From: Gordius albopunctatus
Lineage: Eukaryota
DNA length: 64,000 nt
Direction: 5' to 3'
Assembly (NCBI GenBank): GCA_964276515.1
Contig: OZ193909.1
Coordinates: 19,716,001-19,780,000, forward strand
Position 1 is the first letter of the stretch. The number at the start of each line of letters is the position of its first letter. The position numbers and the translations under genes are program-made. The notes under the pieces are model-generated. The model had not been told where the DNA came from and did not search any database. It saw only the letters and a list, made by a program, of their open reading frames with translations. This document shows positions 40,001-51,880 of the stretch, one piece after another.

Positions 40001-40974
40001 TCATGAAGTTGATAAAAATAGCGCTTTTAGTGTTTTTCAAACGTCAATAACTTGCATATTAATCGTTAAAATTTTAGTTTTAAATATAATTTATAAATAG
40101 GGAGGAGAGGTTATAAAGCAAACCTTTGTTTATACTTTGTTAAACACAAATGAAAATCTAATTGATTTTGTAACGTTCTATTAGCGGGCCTTATGTATAT
40201 CCAAGCCTGGCCAGAACCCCTTACATCATATTACGGCCCGTTGTTTTATTTTATAGCAGAAGCCCGGCTCGTGCAGGTTTCTGGAATTTATATGGATTCT
40301 TCTCCCCTTTTATAAATCAAATTCATTAAACTAAAATTGTACCAATTAATTTGCAAATTATTGACGTTTTAAAAACGCCAAAATCGCTGTTTTTAGCAAC
40401 TCTGACAGCAAATATTTCAAAAACTTGACTTGGGAGGGAAAAATTAAAAATATATTCATGTTCATCACCACAAATCTTACCAGAACCTTCAAAAATTTTC
40501 CACTTAAGTCCATTATTTGTTGACCAGTGAAATTATTGTTATAATTAAAATTGCTTGCCCATCCCTAATCCAATAATATTACATTTTAAAGATCCAAGTC
40601 CAAAACAGGTAAAAAATTCCTCATTCCAACCTAACCTTATATATTATTGCCACATAAAATTTCTCAAATTTCGCGTCAACAAATGGACTTTGTATCATAT
40701 AACTGCGAATCCATTATTTTAGGATGCTTCGTGGACGGTGAAGGGAATAAATTACGCCTTTTCTGCCTTGGCAATACTCCATCTCACTTATTTAGGTGCA
40801 CCGTTTGGCTTAGCCCACCACGGCCCCGATACCCAAGGGGGTGGTCTCAAACACACCTTGGCCTGCTGGGCTAGCCTCGACTTTTTGAGCCACAAATTAA
40901 TGGTCCTAAACGTTGGCGTGATGCTTATTCTCAAGAAAGTTGCTTCTTACGCCTCCCCCAAGGAAAAAGACTAA
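31037..40974 (+). CDS. PORCN: Porcupine, Wnt O-palmitoleoyltransferase (MBOAT), 9 exons, ~535 aa
   Basis: Exons 31037-31491, 31560-31603, 31643-31890, 32926-33080, 36970-37086, 37941-38050, 39601-39680, 39785-39931, 40723-40974 (1608 nt, in frame). Motifs WDKFRGAFMIIIMK, IFGPW, AFSFRAGHYF, IECPRSLVDVCYYWNMPMSAWL, catalytic SSLLHGFNF, C-x3-C-x3-C-x-H and HLTYLG. Confidence 0.92.
32459..32571. mobile_element. 113-bp hAT mini-element
   Basis: TIR TAGTGATGATCAAAACCTAGGT and perfect TSD CTAGTTGT. The same end motif occurs at 2416. Confidence 0.85.
33748..34532 (-). pseudogene. Inverted duplicate of the 3' part of the piggyBac transposase
   Basis: 198-aa ORF identical to 35832-36428 except one F/S difference. 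Confidence 0.9.
34742..36428 (+). pseudogene. piggyBac transposase (PGBD-like) broken by frameshifts near 35750 and 35830
   Basis: LDEAM, KQFIRGKPIRFGFKFW, YIDNFF, YNKGMGGVDLFDQ and a C-terminal Cys-rich domain. The linker ITGTIRSDR...KEPRGS lies in a different frame. Confidence 0.9.
38271..39527. mobile_element. Long-TIR (foldback-like) non-autonomous element in a PORCN intron
   Basis: Imperfect inverted arms of ~200-300 bp (38271-38590 vs 39313-39527). An internal part recurs inverted at ~48960-49337. Confidence 0.7.
39940..40529. mobile_element. Tc1/mariner-like long-TIR MITE, left tip missing
   Basis: Right end GTCCATTATTTGTTGACCAGTG. Inverted arms are shared with 54460-55256, and a related copy lies at ~42350-42868. 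Confidence 0.6.
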
Positions 40975-41640
40975 ACTGGTTCAATGGTAATCGAAGGAAT
41001 CTCTGAACCGACTTCTTATTTACACTCAATATATAGTTGACATCATTGCTTAAATGAATGAATGTATCACTAATCAAATATATTGTTGTAGCGGAAGCAG
41101 AATCTCTAATTGTGATACGATGAAATTATTCCATTATTTACGCAGCATGTATTTAATCGACCTCGCCATAGCAATTTTAACAGCTCAATTTTCTTTTGAA
41201 TTTCTTGTCATTTTAAATTGTAATGCATAATATATATATAGATATTACCCTACCGATATTTGTAAAAAGATGGACGTCGTATACACACACAAACAATCCT
41301 CATTTATTCCCTCTCGCATTTATATATAAGATAAAGGAGGTCAATTTTGAAAGGGGACGGTGAGAGATTTGTTGAATATAGCCTTAAACGACGACCTAAA
41401 ATACCCAAATATTTGATCATTAATGTGTAATCAAGATTTGGAGTTGCCTGAGATGGCCTTGATTTAACAGCACCAAATAAGTTGAAACATAAAGGTGAAG
41501 CAAAAACCAAAATTTTAGAGCCCCCCGTAGATAAATCGATCGATGATCCATGATGTATGATGAGACAACATAAATAGGCGTATAAGTTAAAAATTGGGCT
41601 AAAAACGATAATAGGCCTGCCGCCTACACCTAAGCGTATT

Positions 41641-44600
41641 TTATAATTGAGCGAGGTGTTGGAAGGCTTCTCGCCTGATGACGTCTGCCGAGGCCACATG
41701 CTGCCCCACTTCATTGCACCGTTTGCCAATCAAGATCGAAGAGCGAACGGGCCAAGCAGAACGAGCTAGGAACCAATAATGAGGTTCAGTTTTGGTTTTG
41801 GCTCGATTGAATTTGATCGTTATATCCGAGCCTGGGGGCAACCTGTAGAATGGGAAAGCATTTAATTTCACTCCTTTATTGTAAACTAGAAAATAAGTTT
41901 AATATTCGTCAATAAATACAACACATATTTTGTATTTGGAAAACATTAAGAGATATTGCAAGTGAATTAAATATCTACGAGTAGTAATGTTGTAAAAATG
42001 GCTCCGCTTTGCTTTTAATCCACTTAAACAAAAACAGGTCAAAGATTTTTGGCCTATTTTTTTTGGTCAACAATTAGTTAGGCTTAGTCGAAATTGGAAA
42101 AAGAGAGAGCAGTCAACCGTTAGTCTCAGTTTAACCAAAGGTCGATTCAACGAAACGCAGCCAATATGACAACACTAACAAATAGTATTTCCGAATTCTG
42201 TCTTATGAAAAAGAATTCGAGATTATCATGGGATAGCAAAGAAATTTGTTTTTTCAAAAATTAAAGTTTTTAATGCTTGAAGGCCAAAGGTTGTTTGAAG
42301 TAAATGAGACATAAAAATATAAAATTTTGAGGTTCTTACTATTTTCAAATTACACAGTTTTAAAAAAAAATCAAGTGGAAAACGGTTCATTTACTTATAG
42401 AGTTTTTTGTGATGAACACGGATTGAGTGATAAGAAGGGATGAAAGAAGTGTAGTAGTATAGTTGTAATGTAGCACATAACACTACACCCACATCGCTTA
42501 CATAAGCATAGAAACCAATGGGAGTATTTACATGCTTCTAGTGCATAGAACCCATGGTATTTGGAAGGGATGGAGACCCTAAGTCGGGGGCGATTTTATT
42601 TAACCTAGGTAAAAAATTGTTTTTTTACCAATTTCCTCTATATTTGTTTTACCATCAAGGAATATTTGTTCAAAATATTGTCAATTTGTTTTCTCGGTAT
42701 ATACATCCCGAAAAGGGGGCAAAATCGCTCATTTTCGCAACTTTGAACTCAATTATTCCAAGAACTTGACGAATCGGAGAAAAACACATTTGTGTTCACC
42801 ACGAAAATATAAAATTATGTTAACCGTTTTCCGGTTGATTCCACATGACCATTATTTGTTGTTTAGTGTTATCAATACAGTTTTTTCCACCTAAATTCAT
42901 CTCGACTTCATTAAATTTATAATTTGCACTAAAATTAAAAGAAACTAATTATTATAAATAATATGACTGATAAAATTACATTTCAGAAGATTAAAATATG
43001 CATGATTCTTAAATCGATACTTCCTCTTAGTATATTACCTCTGTAGGTCGCGGTCGAGTCGCGAAAGGATCAGCTGTTGATCGGAATGATTATTCTTATC
43101 CACGGGGGTGGAGGAAGAAGACGAAAGTCTATAGGTGTTATGACTTTCGTTAACGATTAAACAGTGCATAGAGCCTTTGCTTCCACCATCCCACCTATGA
43201 AATGCATTATTTTTTCAACTTTCATGAAAAATTCTTTAAATAAAAAATTTGACTAAGAATCATATAAAAATCATTTCTAAAGGAAAAACTTGCCCTGGTG
43301 AGGGTGCGGGATGAGAGAGAGGATTTCGTTTCTGCTGCAAATACTCTTTACCCAATCTCTCTTCTAGTCTAACGCCAAGTGATGCATAAAAGTCCTCTCC
43401 TTCTGAAGCTAACACCCCATCTAAAAGGTCTTTGTCGAAGATGAGGCCCAGGAAATGGGAAAATATTTGGTATGCTACCAACACAGTTGGATGCCGTAAT
43501 GTCGATAGGTGAATTTCTAGCGTTCGGTCATCAGTTGCATTGTTCTGATTCATTTGGTCAAAAGTTGGCCTTAATGGCAAGAACCTGTAAAGAAGCCATA
43601 TTTCTTTAAAGTCAATAAAATCTTATTTTTACATAGCATTTAAGCATTGGAGAGGGGGGGGGGAAATAATAATCAAGGATTTTTTGAAATTTTAGCCATA
43701 ATTTTAATAAATTTAGAGGGGGCAGCTGTCCCAGCCCCTTCCCTCCCTTGGCTACATCCATTCATTTGTCTGTCCTCAAATCATTAATTAAGATTTTGCC
43801 ACCCCTCACATTATAGGCTTTTAAATTTGAATAGGGAGTGAGGTGAAAACTAAAGTTACAAAAGAAAATGTAGTCATATTAGATAATAACTTTCCTTAAA
43901 AGTTATTGAGCATTATAGTAATGTTTTCCAAATATTTATTTCATCTTAACAAAATAGGTATTTTTCAAAAAAAAATGATTAGAATATTATCATTGTTAAG
44001 TCAAGATTTCTTTGCATCTAAAACACGTATAAATTGTTAATTAAAAAATAAACCGTCCAAAATGCTCAAGACTGGGCATTCCTTTTGAATGAGGTGTTTT
44101 TTGGGGTGAAACTGTGGGCACTATCGTATTAGAAGCCTTAATTAAACAATCAACCAAGGTAGTCACATCGGATATTGCAGTCTGTGTTGACTCATCTATA
44201 CTACTCCATATGATAGATTTATCTCTGCAGGTCAGCAATGAATGAATCAAGCCTTGACTACTATACATAGCTTCTAATGTTGCTAGGTCAGCCTGAAGTT
44301 CCAAAAATGATAATCTTTCTAGGGGCTCTCTACAAGGCAGAAGAGATTCATAATCTCTATACTTTAGGTCTTCCACTAATAAGGCACGTGGTGTAAAATT
44401 AAATGTGGTAAAGCTTTGAACAAACTATGGTAAATTTTTGGGTGAATAAATTATTAACTAAGGCTATTAATATACCTGATTAAAAAATGGGTATAAATGT
44501 TTATTAAGCATCGGATGCTTGTCATCATCTTTAATACTGAAGTTTCCATGGAGTAGCTAATTAAAAATATGCTAAATATAGGATAAGAAATTTTGAAAGA

Positions 44601-45064
44601 TCTTTAATTATATAAATATTATGCAAAAAAAGTTATTATTATGACTAAAAATACTTTAAATGTACAACAAGATTTTTTCAATACTGCTCTCAAGTTATCT
44701 CTAATTTCATATATTTTGCCAACTTCAGAAACTATTTTCTAAAAAATAATTATGATATTAGATTATTTTACTAAAAATATCCAATATTCCTCCTCAGCTT
44801 TGTACAGAATTTGGCAAACATTAGGGGTTATGATAAATTTACAATCTTGTTCTCTTCCAAAAGAGCATATAAATTTAACAAAAGCATCAGCTAATCCAAT
44901 AATTTTTATTTGCACTTTTATATCGAGTGATTGTGGGTAAAAATAAATAATTTTTTCGCCTTCCTTTCAAAATATTAATTATTACATTACTAAATTACCA
45001 GTCCTTCTCTGTTCCCCAATTCTGTTGAAAATATTGCTAAATTTATCGCCTCTCCTAAAATCAT
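41641..45064 (-). CDS. CCZ1: Vacuolar fusion protein CCZ1 homolog (Mon1-Ccz1 Rab7 GEF subunit), ~8 exons
   Basis: Exons 45064-44999, 44963-44772, 44738-44655, 44556-44476, 44424-44054, ~43584-43290, ~43193-43039, ~41842-41641. N-terminus IFSTELGNREGLEGEKIIYFYP...IIGLADAFVKFICSF...AEEEYW matches the CCZ1 longin domain, plus GRFL and C-terminal YWFLAR. 3' exon borders are approximate. Confidence 0.8.
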
Positions 45065-45304
45065 CTGTGCCTTCAGAACGTACAATTGTATACAATTTTA
45101 CATGCACGCCTTTTATTTGCTATCATTTAAATTTCGCTTATGCCGAATTAATAGTGATTATCAATAATTTAAATCGTTATATGGGATATATAGTAGGTAT
45201 CTAATGATAAAATTAAATCAATGACTATTATAAACAATTTTTTTGCACGTATTGATAAATATTAGAGCAGCGTTTGATTTACAAAACTTACTATTTCTCC
45301 TTTT

Positions 45305-46529
45305 TAGTGTTTCGATCTCGTCTCGATCTCGAAACCAAAATCTCGTCTCGGGTGGGATTATTAGAATCTCGATCTCGTCTCGGCCTAGAAAAATCTCGAT
45401 CTCGTCTCGACGAGAATTCTCGTCTCGTCTCGACTTTTAAAAATAATTATAATAACATATTTTTTTTTCTTATAAATTATTATATAAGGTATAAATTTGT
45501 CAAAATAGACGTATTTTTTAACTTGAATCTCAAAACAGAAGCTTGAGTAACTTAAGGTAGGAAGCAATATAATATAGGTGTTATATACTAATTGACTCAA
45601 AGGTATAAGGCTGCTAATTAATAAATTTTATGTCCTGGGTAAGGCTCAATAAAATAAAGTTTAATATCATCATACTTTAACATAATGAATTTATTGAAAT
45701 TTTAAATAATAGAGTACAAATAATGAAAAAAATGCGAGAGTAACTTTTTAAAACATTATCATTTATAACAAGTAATTATATGAATATCGTAAATACAATA
45801 AAATAGCCATATTGTTGGAAGAACATAAAAGTTTTGATATCTTAGGTTAATTGCACATATATAATTAAGTAACGTTTATTTAGAAAATTTAAACAATTCT
45901 ATTATGGTGTGGCATCCCATTATATATAACAAAATATTGACTTAATGTATAATAATCCTTATGATGGTAACGTTTTAGATGTCGTTGAAGACCTAAAGTA
46001 TTGCTATCTGTCATTTTTATTTCTTTGGAACAGAATTTACATTTCCCCATTTTATTTGATTCCTCTTTGGATATTGTGAAATGTTTCAGTAGCTTGTTCT
46101 TTTTTAAATTGCATGCTGGGGAAAAACTCATCGTCTAAAATTTTCATATTATATAAGCTAAATAAATACATAATTACTTCTTCGAATAACACTATGTTAA
46201 TGTTTTAATAAGATTATACTATAAATTTGAAATTAGCGCGAAGCGGATAATTAGGTGCGTAAGTAATTTAAAATCAAAAGTTCAAAATCATATTAATTTC
46301 ATTTAATATCCTAAATTTAAATTTCATGAAATAAGTTTTTTAAATAGTTAAATTTAACTTAATAGTAAAAAATAAAAATTAAAGTCGAGATCTCGCCGAT
46401 AAAATCTCGTCTCGAGGTCAAAATTCTCGTCTCGATCTCGACTCAGTTTTTCAAAATCTCGTCTCGTCTCGTCTCGGGTTTTCGAGACGAGACGAGACCG
46501 AGATTTGTCTCGGTTTTTCCGCATCACTA
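45305..46529 (-). mobile_element. Non-autonomous hAT element carrying a BED zinc-finger fragment
   Basis: TAGTG...CACTA ends, perfect TSD CTCCTTTT, TCTCG/CGAGA subterminal arrays. ORF 45889-46131 reads HF...KCKFCSKEIK...NTLGLQRHLKRYH. Confidence 0.88.
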
Positions 46530-47765
46530 CTCCTTTTGTCAAGATTTAAACTTTTTTTTTGCATTTTTTATTATTAAATGAAACTATAAACAACTATAAA
46601 AATCATATGCAAGGTAAGCATTCAAAAGAATTGGGACGCCGTATAACTGCCAATACCCTTGACAATAGGGAAACTTTTTTCATTAAACAGAAAATCGGAA
46701 TCATTATTTGCCATTTCAAAGCTATCGCAATTTTTGAATGTTTACCTTGCATATGATTGTTGTGGTTGCTAGTTTTTAGGCCTATTCGAATGAGCTTAGT
46801 TATTGTTGTAGCCGTGGTTAAGTAGTTAAATCACTTAACATTCACGTGCCTATGCTAATGAGATAGCGTTTTGTATCTTGCCCACTAATGGGGAGAATAA
46901 TTAGCGTGTGAATAAAAGGTAACGTAGGTTGGTTATGTGAATACACGTGCACTAATTAGAAGCAGAGGTCGGGCGGTCGGCCTCTCTCAAAAAGGCTGGA
47001 TTGTACACTGTTTTTTAATCATATATTCAACCGAGAGAAAAAAGTCCCTTGATCCAATACCTCCACCGACTCGTAGACGTCACCATTTTCTAGTCGATTG
47101 AGTTCACGGATAATTACTCACGGCCTTCGTCCAACTAATATTTCATTATTACCTGTTCAATATTTTATTTATCGGGATTATAACACATTCGTTCAATATT
47201 GTTGATACTATTTTTGGTACTAATAAAATGTCTCGCATCGGGTTATTTCAATGAATTTATAGTAGTTTATAGTTTAATTTATGAAAAAAAAGATTTACAT
47301 ATATTTTGTGTTTTTGGTTTTGCTTGCGATACTAGCACAAGTGGGATAAGGTTCTCAAAAGATTTAGTTAGCACCAATGTTACACAAAACATCCATTTCA
47401 ACCTAACAGATATGAATGTAATTTTAAATGCCTAAAAATAAGGAATAGAAAGTAATGTTTCTAAATTACAAATTTATCCAACACCGGTAAACGGGATTTT
47501 AAAAAGTTTACGCTGAAACAAATAGATGCTCTTAGATAGAGATGTCCGCCCCGACTAACAGTCGTTTTTTTCTTAACGTTTACTCAGGTTAAGGCGAGTG
47601 AGAGTCTACATCTTTAGAGATATGTATGAGGGCCTATTGGACTAGATGTCACAATAGTACAGGTGAGGTGTAACAAGTCAGTAGGGAGCACACTCGGTTT
47701 ATATAAAAAACATAAGTTAAAACAATAATTTTCATACCATCTACGGCAATTACTGGAGATAAGGG

Positions 47766-49638
47766 TAGTGATGGGGAAAAACCGAGAAAAATCTCGGTCT
47801 CGTCTCGTCTCGTCTCGAAATGGAGTCGAGATCGAGAGGAGAATTTTGATGTCGAGACGAGACGATACGAGATTTTTTCGGCGAGATCTCGACTTTTTTA
47901 TCGTTAGATTTTAGTAAATTATTGTGTATTTTAATTTGCATGATTTACATTTAAGGTATTAAATGTAAATCAATATGTATGGAATATATTTGACAATAAA
48001 AAATTCCTGTAAATATTATATTTTTTGCAACATTTACCTAAGTATGGTTGACCCTTAGGGTATGTAAATAGTTTTATAATATCCTTATCACATATTTGAA
48101 TCCATAACATTATTAAATATTACAAAATTATAGGCTTAGAATGAGATCTGATTGAATAGTAAATATAAACAAATCATATTTATTTTTCGCAGTTACTCAT
48201 CCTGCATAATGCGGTAATTAGAAATTGGTAGTAAATCAGTTTGAATAATTAAACTAGTTAAGCTAAGGTGGCTCGATATTTTTGAGCACCCGTTTAACGA
48301 TTTCAAAAGTACAATAGAGTATTTAATGACACCGTAATAGATTAAATCTAAAGCATGAGTTTTCTAGAAGTTTTTATGCTTCAACTATATTCGATAAATA
48401 ACTATTTAATGTCAAAGTTAGTTAGAATTGGAAGATAATTATTTGGAATATAAATTTGATTTTAATTATTTTGTCATAAATTTAAATACGTGCGATTTAA
48501 AGTTTAAAACCTCATATTCTTATTCCTATAATAATGATGCTTTTATTGTTGTTTCTACACGTTTTTATTTGTGCATCTAGTTATCAATTCTTTAATTAAT
48601 AATATTATCATTAAAAGTCACTCACACTTTTTAGTTTATAACGCTATAATAAACATGCAATAAACACTATGGGCTATAATTAATGATGGTACTAATGGAC
48701 TTAAATTTTTGCCTTAAATATGTTAAAGTCTACTTTGAAGCTTTAGCCAGGGTTAATAAAGTGTCTCAATTTGCTAAAGGGTACAACTAAGTCAACTATA
48801 ACCGAACTTATTATTTTCTAAGTCTATATAGTTTACAAACACAGTGATTTGATACAAATGTTATAATTTGCTTGTCGTATCCGAAGATTTGTCCCACCCC
48901 CCATGCTTATTTAAAAGTTCATTCATTACAAGATCCTTTTGATCTTACGCGCCGCGCCGTACAACATCTGTGTACTGATTATATATATAGTACTGAACCC
49001 CACCACTTCAAAGGCGGTACTTTTCCTTTACATTTGATTTCTAGTACGCGTATGTTACCCCCCCCCCCGACGCGCTTATACTTATTTGTTATTTCTCCCC
49101 CCGATATTATTATTGCACGCGTCATTGAATTTGATAACGCGATTCGATTGATTATAATATAATTTTTGCTTCTCTTAGTTTTTTTATAATGAAAAAAATA
49201 AAATAACCGGCCATGTAAATGTTAGTAAATTTAAGTATATATTTATTCCGGCCCTATCCCCCCACCTCGTAATCCACCTACATCACCGCTCGGATATATA
49301 TTTTAAAATAAAAATAGAAAAATAATATCATCGTAGGAATACGAAATTGCTAGAACAATAAAATTGATTTTTATATACTTCAAATTTACTTATAGTTTTT
49401 TAGTCTGCACTTTCCATAGAAAATGTTATTTTTTTGAATGAATTCATATCTTTATATTGACAATGATATGTCGTGTCGCGCTAAATCTTTAAAAAGTTTG
49501 TGTTTTAAAGTTTATAAAAAATATAAATATTTGCCATTTTAATTTTTAACACTTATTTAATATTTTTAATAAAATAGGAGCAATTTTTATTCAGTATATA
49601 TTTTTTAAAAGTCGAGACGAGACGAGATCGAAACACTA
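47766..49638 (+). mobile_element. Second non-autonomous hAT element of the same family, opposite orientation
   Basis: TAGTGATGGGGAAAAACCGAG...GATCGAAACACTA with perfect TSD GATAAGGG. Confidence 0.85.
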
Positions 49639-49851
49639 GATAAGGGATAGTTTACCTCGTTCGGTTGCACACTGGTACCTGCTTGAATCATTGTAGATGC
49701 TCTTAATTTATGTACTAATTGTATCCTTAGACTAGATAGACTGTTTATCAACGCACAAGATGTGTACCCTTTTTTCCGCCATCTTGACTTGCACATTGTA
49801 TAGTGGTAATCATATAGAAATTCGTAATTTTTGTAAATTTTTTTTATATAT

Positions 49852-50130
49852 TTGCCTACTGACCTCATCTCTTCCACTGAGAGAAAGAAAGAAGATAAAT
49901 ACAAATACTTAAGCAATATTATTTTCGGACCAGTAGTAGCCACGACCCTCGGTAACTTAGGTCCCGAGGGCAGCCAATTACTAAAACAAATTTTAAAATA
50001 TAAAAACCTCCATTACACACGATCCCAAAGAATACTTTTTTATCAGGCAAAAGATCACAATGGAAATGGTTAAATCCAACACGATTTCCATACATGGGTT
50101 TATGCCATCCGTTTTGTTATAGCACGTTTT
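49852..50130 (+). pseudogene. 3' fragment of a CRE-like non-LTR element
   Basis: KEDKYKYL...FGPVVATTLGNLGPEG resembles an RLE C-terminus. Short 3' relics of a related family at ~13400-13490 and ~46610-46760 are near-identical to each other. Confidence 0.5.
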
Positions 50131-50274
50131 TAATATTTTTTAGTCGTGTATGTAATTTTTTTTTGTAAATGAAATAATCTGAAAAAAGGTAAAAAAAAAT
50201 TATTGAATTGGTTAGATATCAAAAACAGCATTCTTAAAAAATATCATGTTTTTAATATAGCGCCATCTATATTA

Positions 50275-51142
50275 TCTATATATATAAAGTAAAGTCTATG
50301 TATGTATGTGTGCATGTATGTAAGGGCTAAATTCTGAAACTACCGGCCCGATTAGCGCGAAAATTAAACCGTAGGTTCCCAGGGCGGCCAGGGGTAAAAT
50401 AGCTTTTTCAGAATCCTAAAATTTCTTTTAGTTTTAAAAATATGGGCCTTTTAGTTTTAAAAAAATGGCTTAACTCTCAAACTACCGGCCCGATGCGCGA
50501 AAATTTAGCCGTAGATGCCCAGGAATGCCAGGGGTAAACTAGTTTTTTCAGATTCCTAAAATACCTTTTCGTTTTTAAAATATCGGACATTTCCCGGCCA
50601 GTTTTATTTATAGCAGCATATACAATAATGACGTCATACATACAAGGCTGAAGTTTTCTCGCATTAGATATTTAAAAGTATAATAAAAATGTTACAGTAT
50701 ATGGTCAAAATTATTGGGGTTTAACAAACTATTTAAATTAAATAAATAATATTTAAATTATTATAACGTGGTCGATCATTGAAGCATATTTTTAATAATT
50801 ATCCATCCTTCAATTAATTATTTTATTATATTAAAGAAAATTGTATTTCAAATAAATCAGCTAACTAGAAAAATAAAATAATGGTATTATTGTATAATAA
50901 GTAACAGCATTAATCAGTAATTTATTCAAAAACATTTAATTTTAGTCGAATTTGATGACTAAAACAGAATTCGCATTTGGTATCTCTTATTATATATATA
51001 ATAAAAATAGTGGGTTCATAAAATCCATGACGTGATAAAATTCGTGCTCTAAATAAATATTATGGATATTTTATTTATTAGATAAGTCTTATTTAACCAC
51101 TTAAGGACTGAGCCAAAGCAACACTTGGCCGGGCACAGCTAG
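50275..51142 (+). mobile_element. Non-autonomous Helitron
   Basis: 5' TC after A, 3' hairpin GCCAA..TTGGC then CTAG followed by T, no TSD, TATG microsatellite, internal ~140-bp-period direct repeat. Confidence 0.8.
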
Positions 51143-51479
51143 TATTATATATATTAATTTATTGACGTTTAAGCATGTGTATAACATAATCAATATCTAT
51201 AATAACATTTGTTAATATTTATAGTTATTGATATTCTTGTGAAGGTATTTATGGTAACTGGTGTTATGAGTAGTTTAATTTATGATTGTTTATAATACTC
51301 AAGTTCAGATTTTGATGATGAAAATAAGATTATATTGCCATAATTAGTTAGATAACTTTTTATTAACATCAAGATGATCTAATTGAGAGTAAAAAGGAAG
51401 TTATTCAGTTGTGGATATAGAAGAACTAGGAAAGACTTTGCCAAAACAAAATATTTATATGGTATAGAAAATCAAGAAT

Positions 51480-51880
51480 ATTTTATATGCTAAAATAGGT
51501 AACTTTTTGACAATATATTCCAAATAAGCCTTATAAATATGGGCTCAACAAAACTTGTCATACATATAACTTGGAATTATACACAGGCTCTCAGCCAGAT
51601 GATTTTTATAAAGATAGTAACAAGCCGTTTGACGTACTTACAAGGTTGATAATGCCCATCTCAAATTTAAATAAAAATGCAATATAAAAAGCAAATTATA
51701 CAAATTTTTGCCAAGCAAAAGGTGCAAAAGTTTTATCAATAAACTTTCTTTTTCAAGAAAAATTAACGTTAGTATCTTATATTCTAAAAAAAACAAGCAA
51801 ATGATGTCACCTTTTCATTATGACCAAAAAATTGACTCAGATTCTGGGACTGCTTTAGAACCAGAAATGATGCATGTTTT
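51480..51880 (+). pseudogene. Degenerate piggyBac (PGBD4-like) transposase fragment
   Basis: PNKPYKYGL...YNLELYTGSQP...SNKPFDVLTRL and KKNK...HYDQKIDSDSG...PEMM. Confidence 0.65.

Noticed and set aside
41304..41729. 141-aa minus-strand ORF
   Set aside because: Overlaps the CCZ1 last exon out of frame and its probable 3'UTR, has a non-ATG start and no recognisable motifs.
45305..46520. TCTCG/CGAGA short repeat arrays resembling a CRISPR or iteron array
   Set aside because: No repeat-spacer periodicity. They are hAT subterminal repeats bounded by TSDs in eukaryotic DNA.
46800..47160. Possible solo LTR (TGT start, AATAAA)
   Set aside because: No second copy, clear CA end or TSD could be identified.
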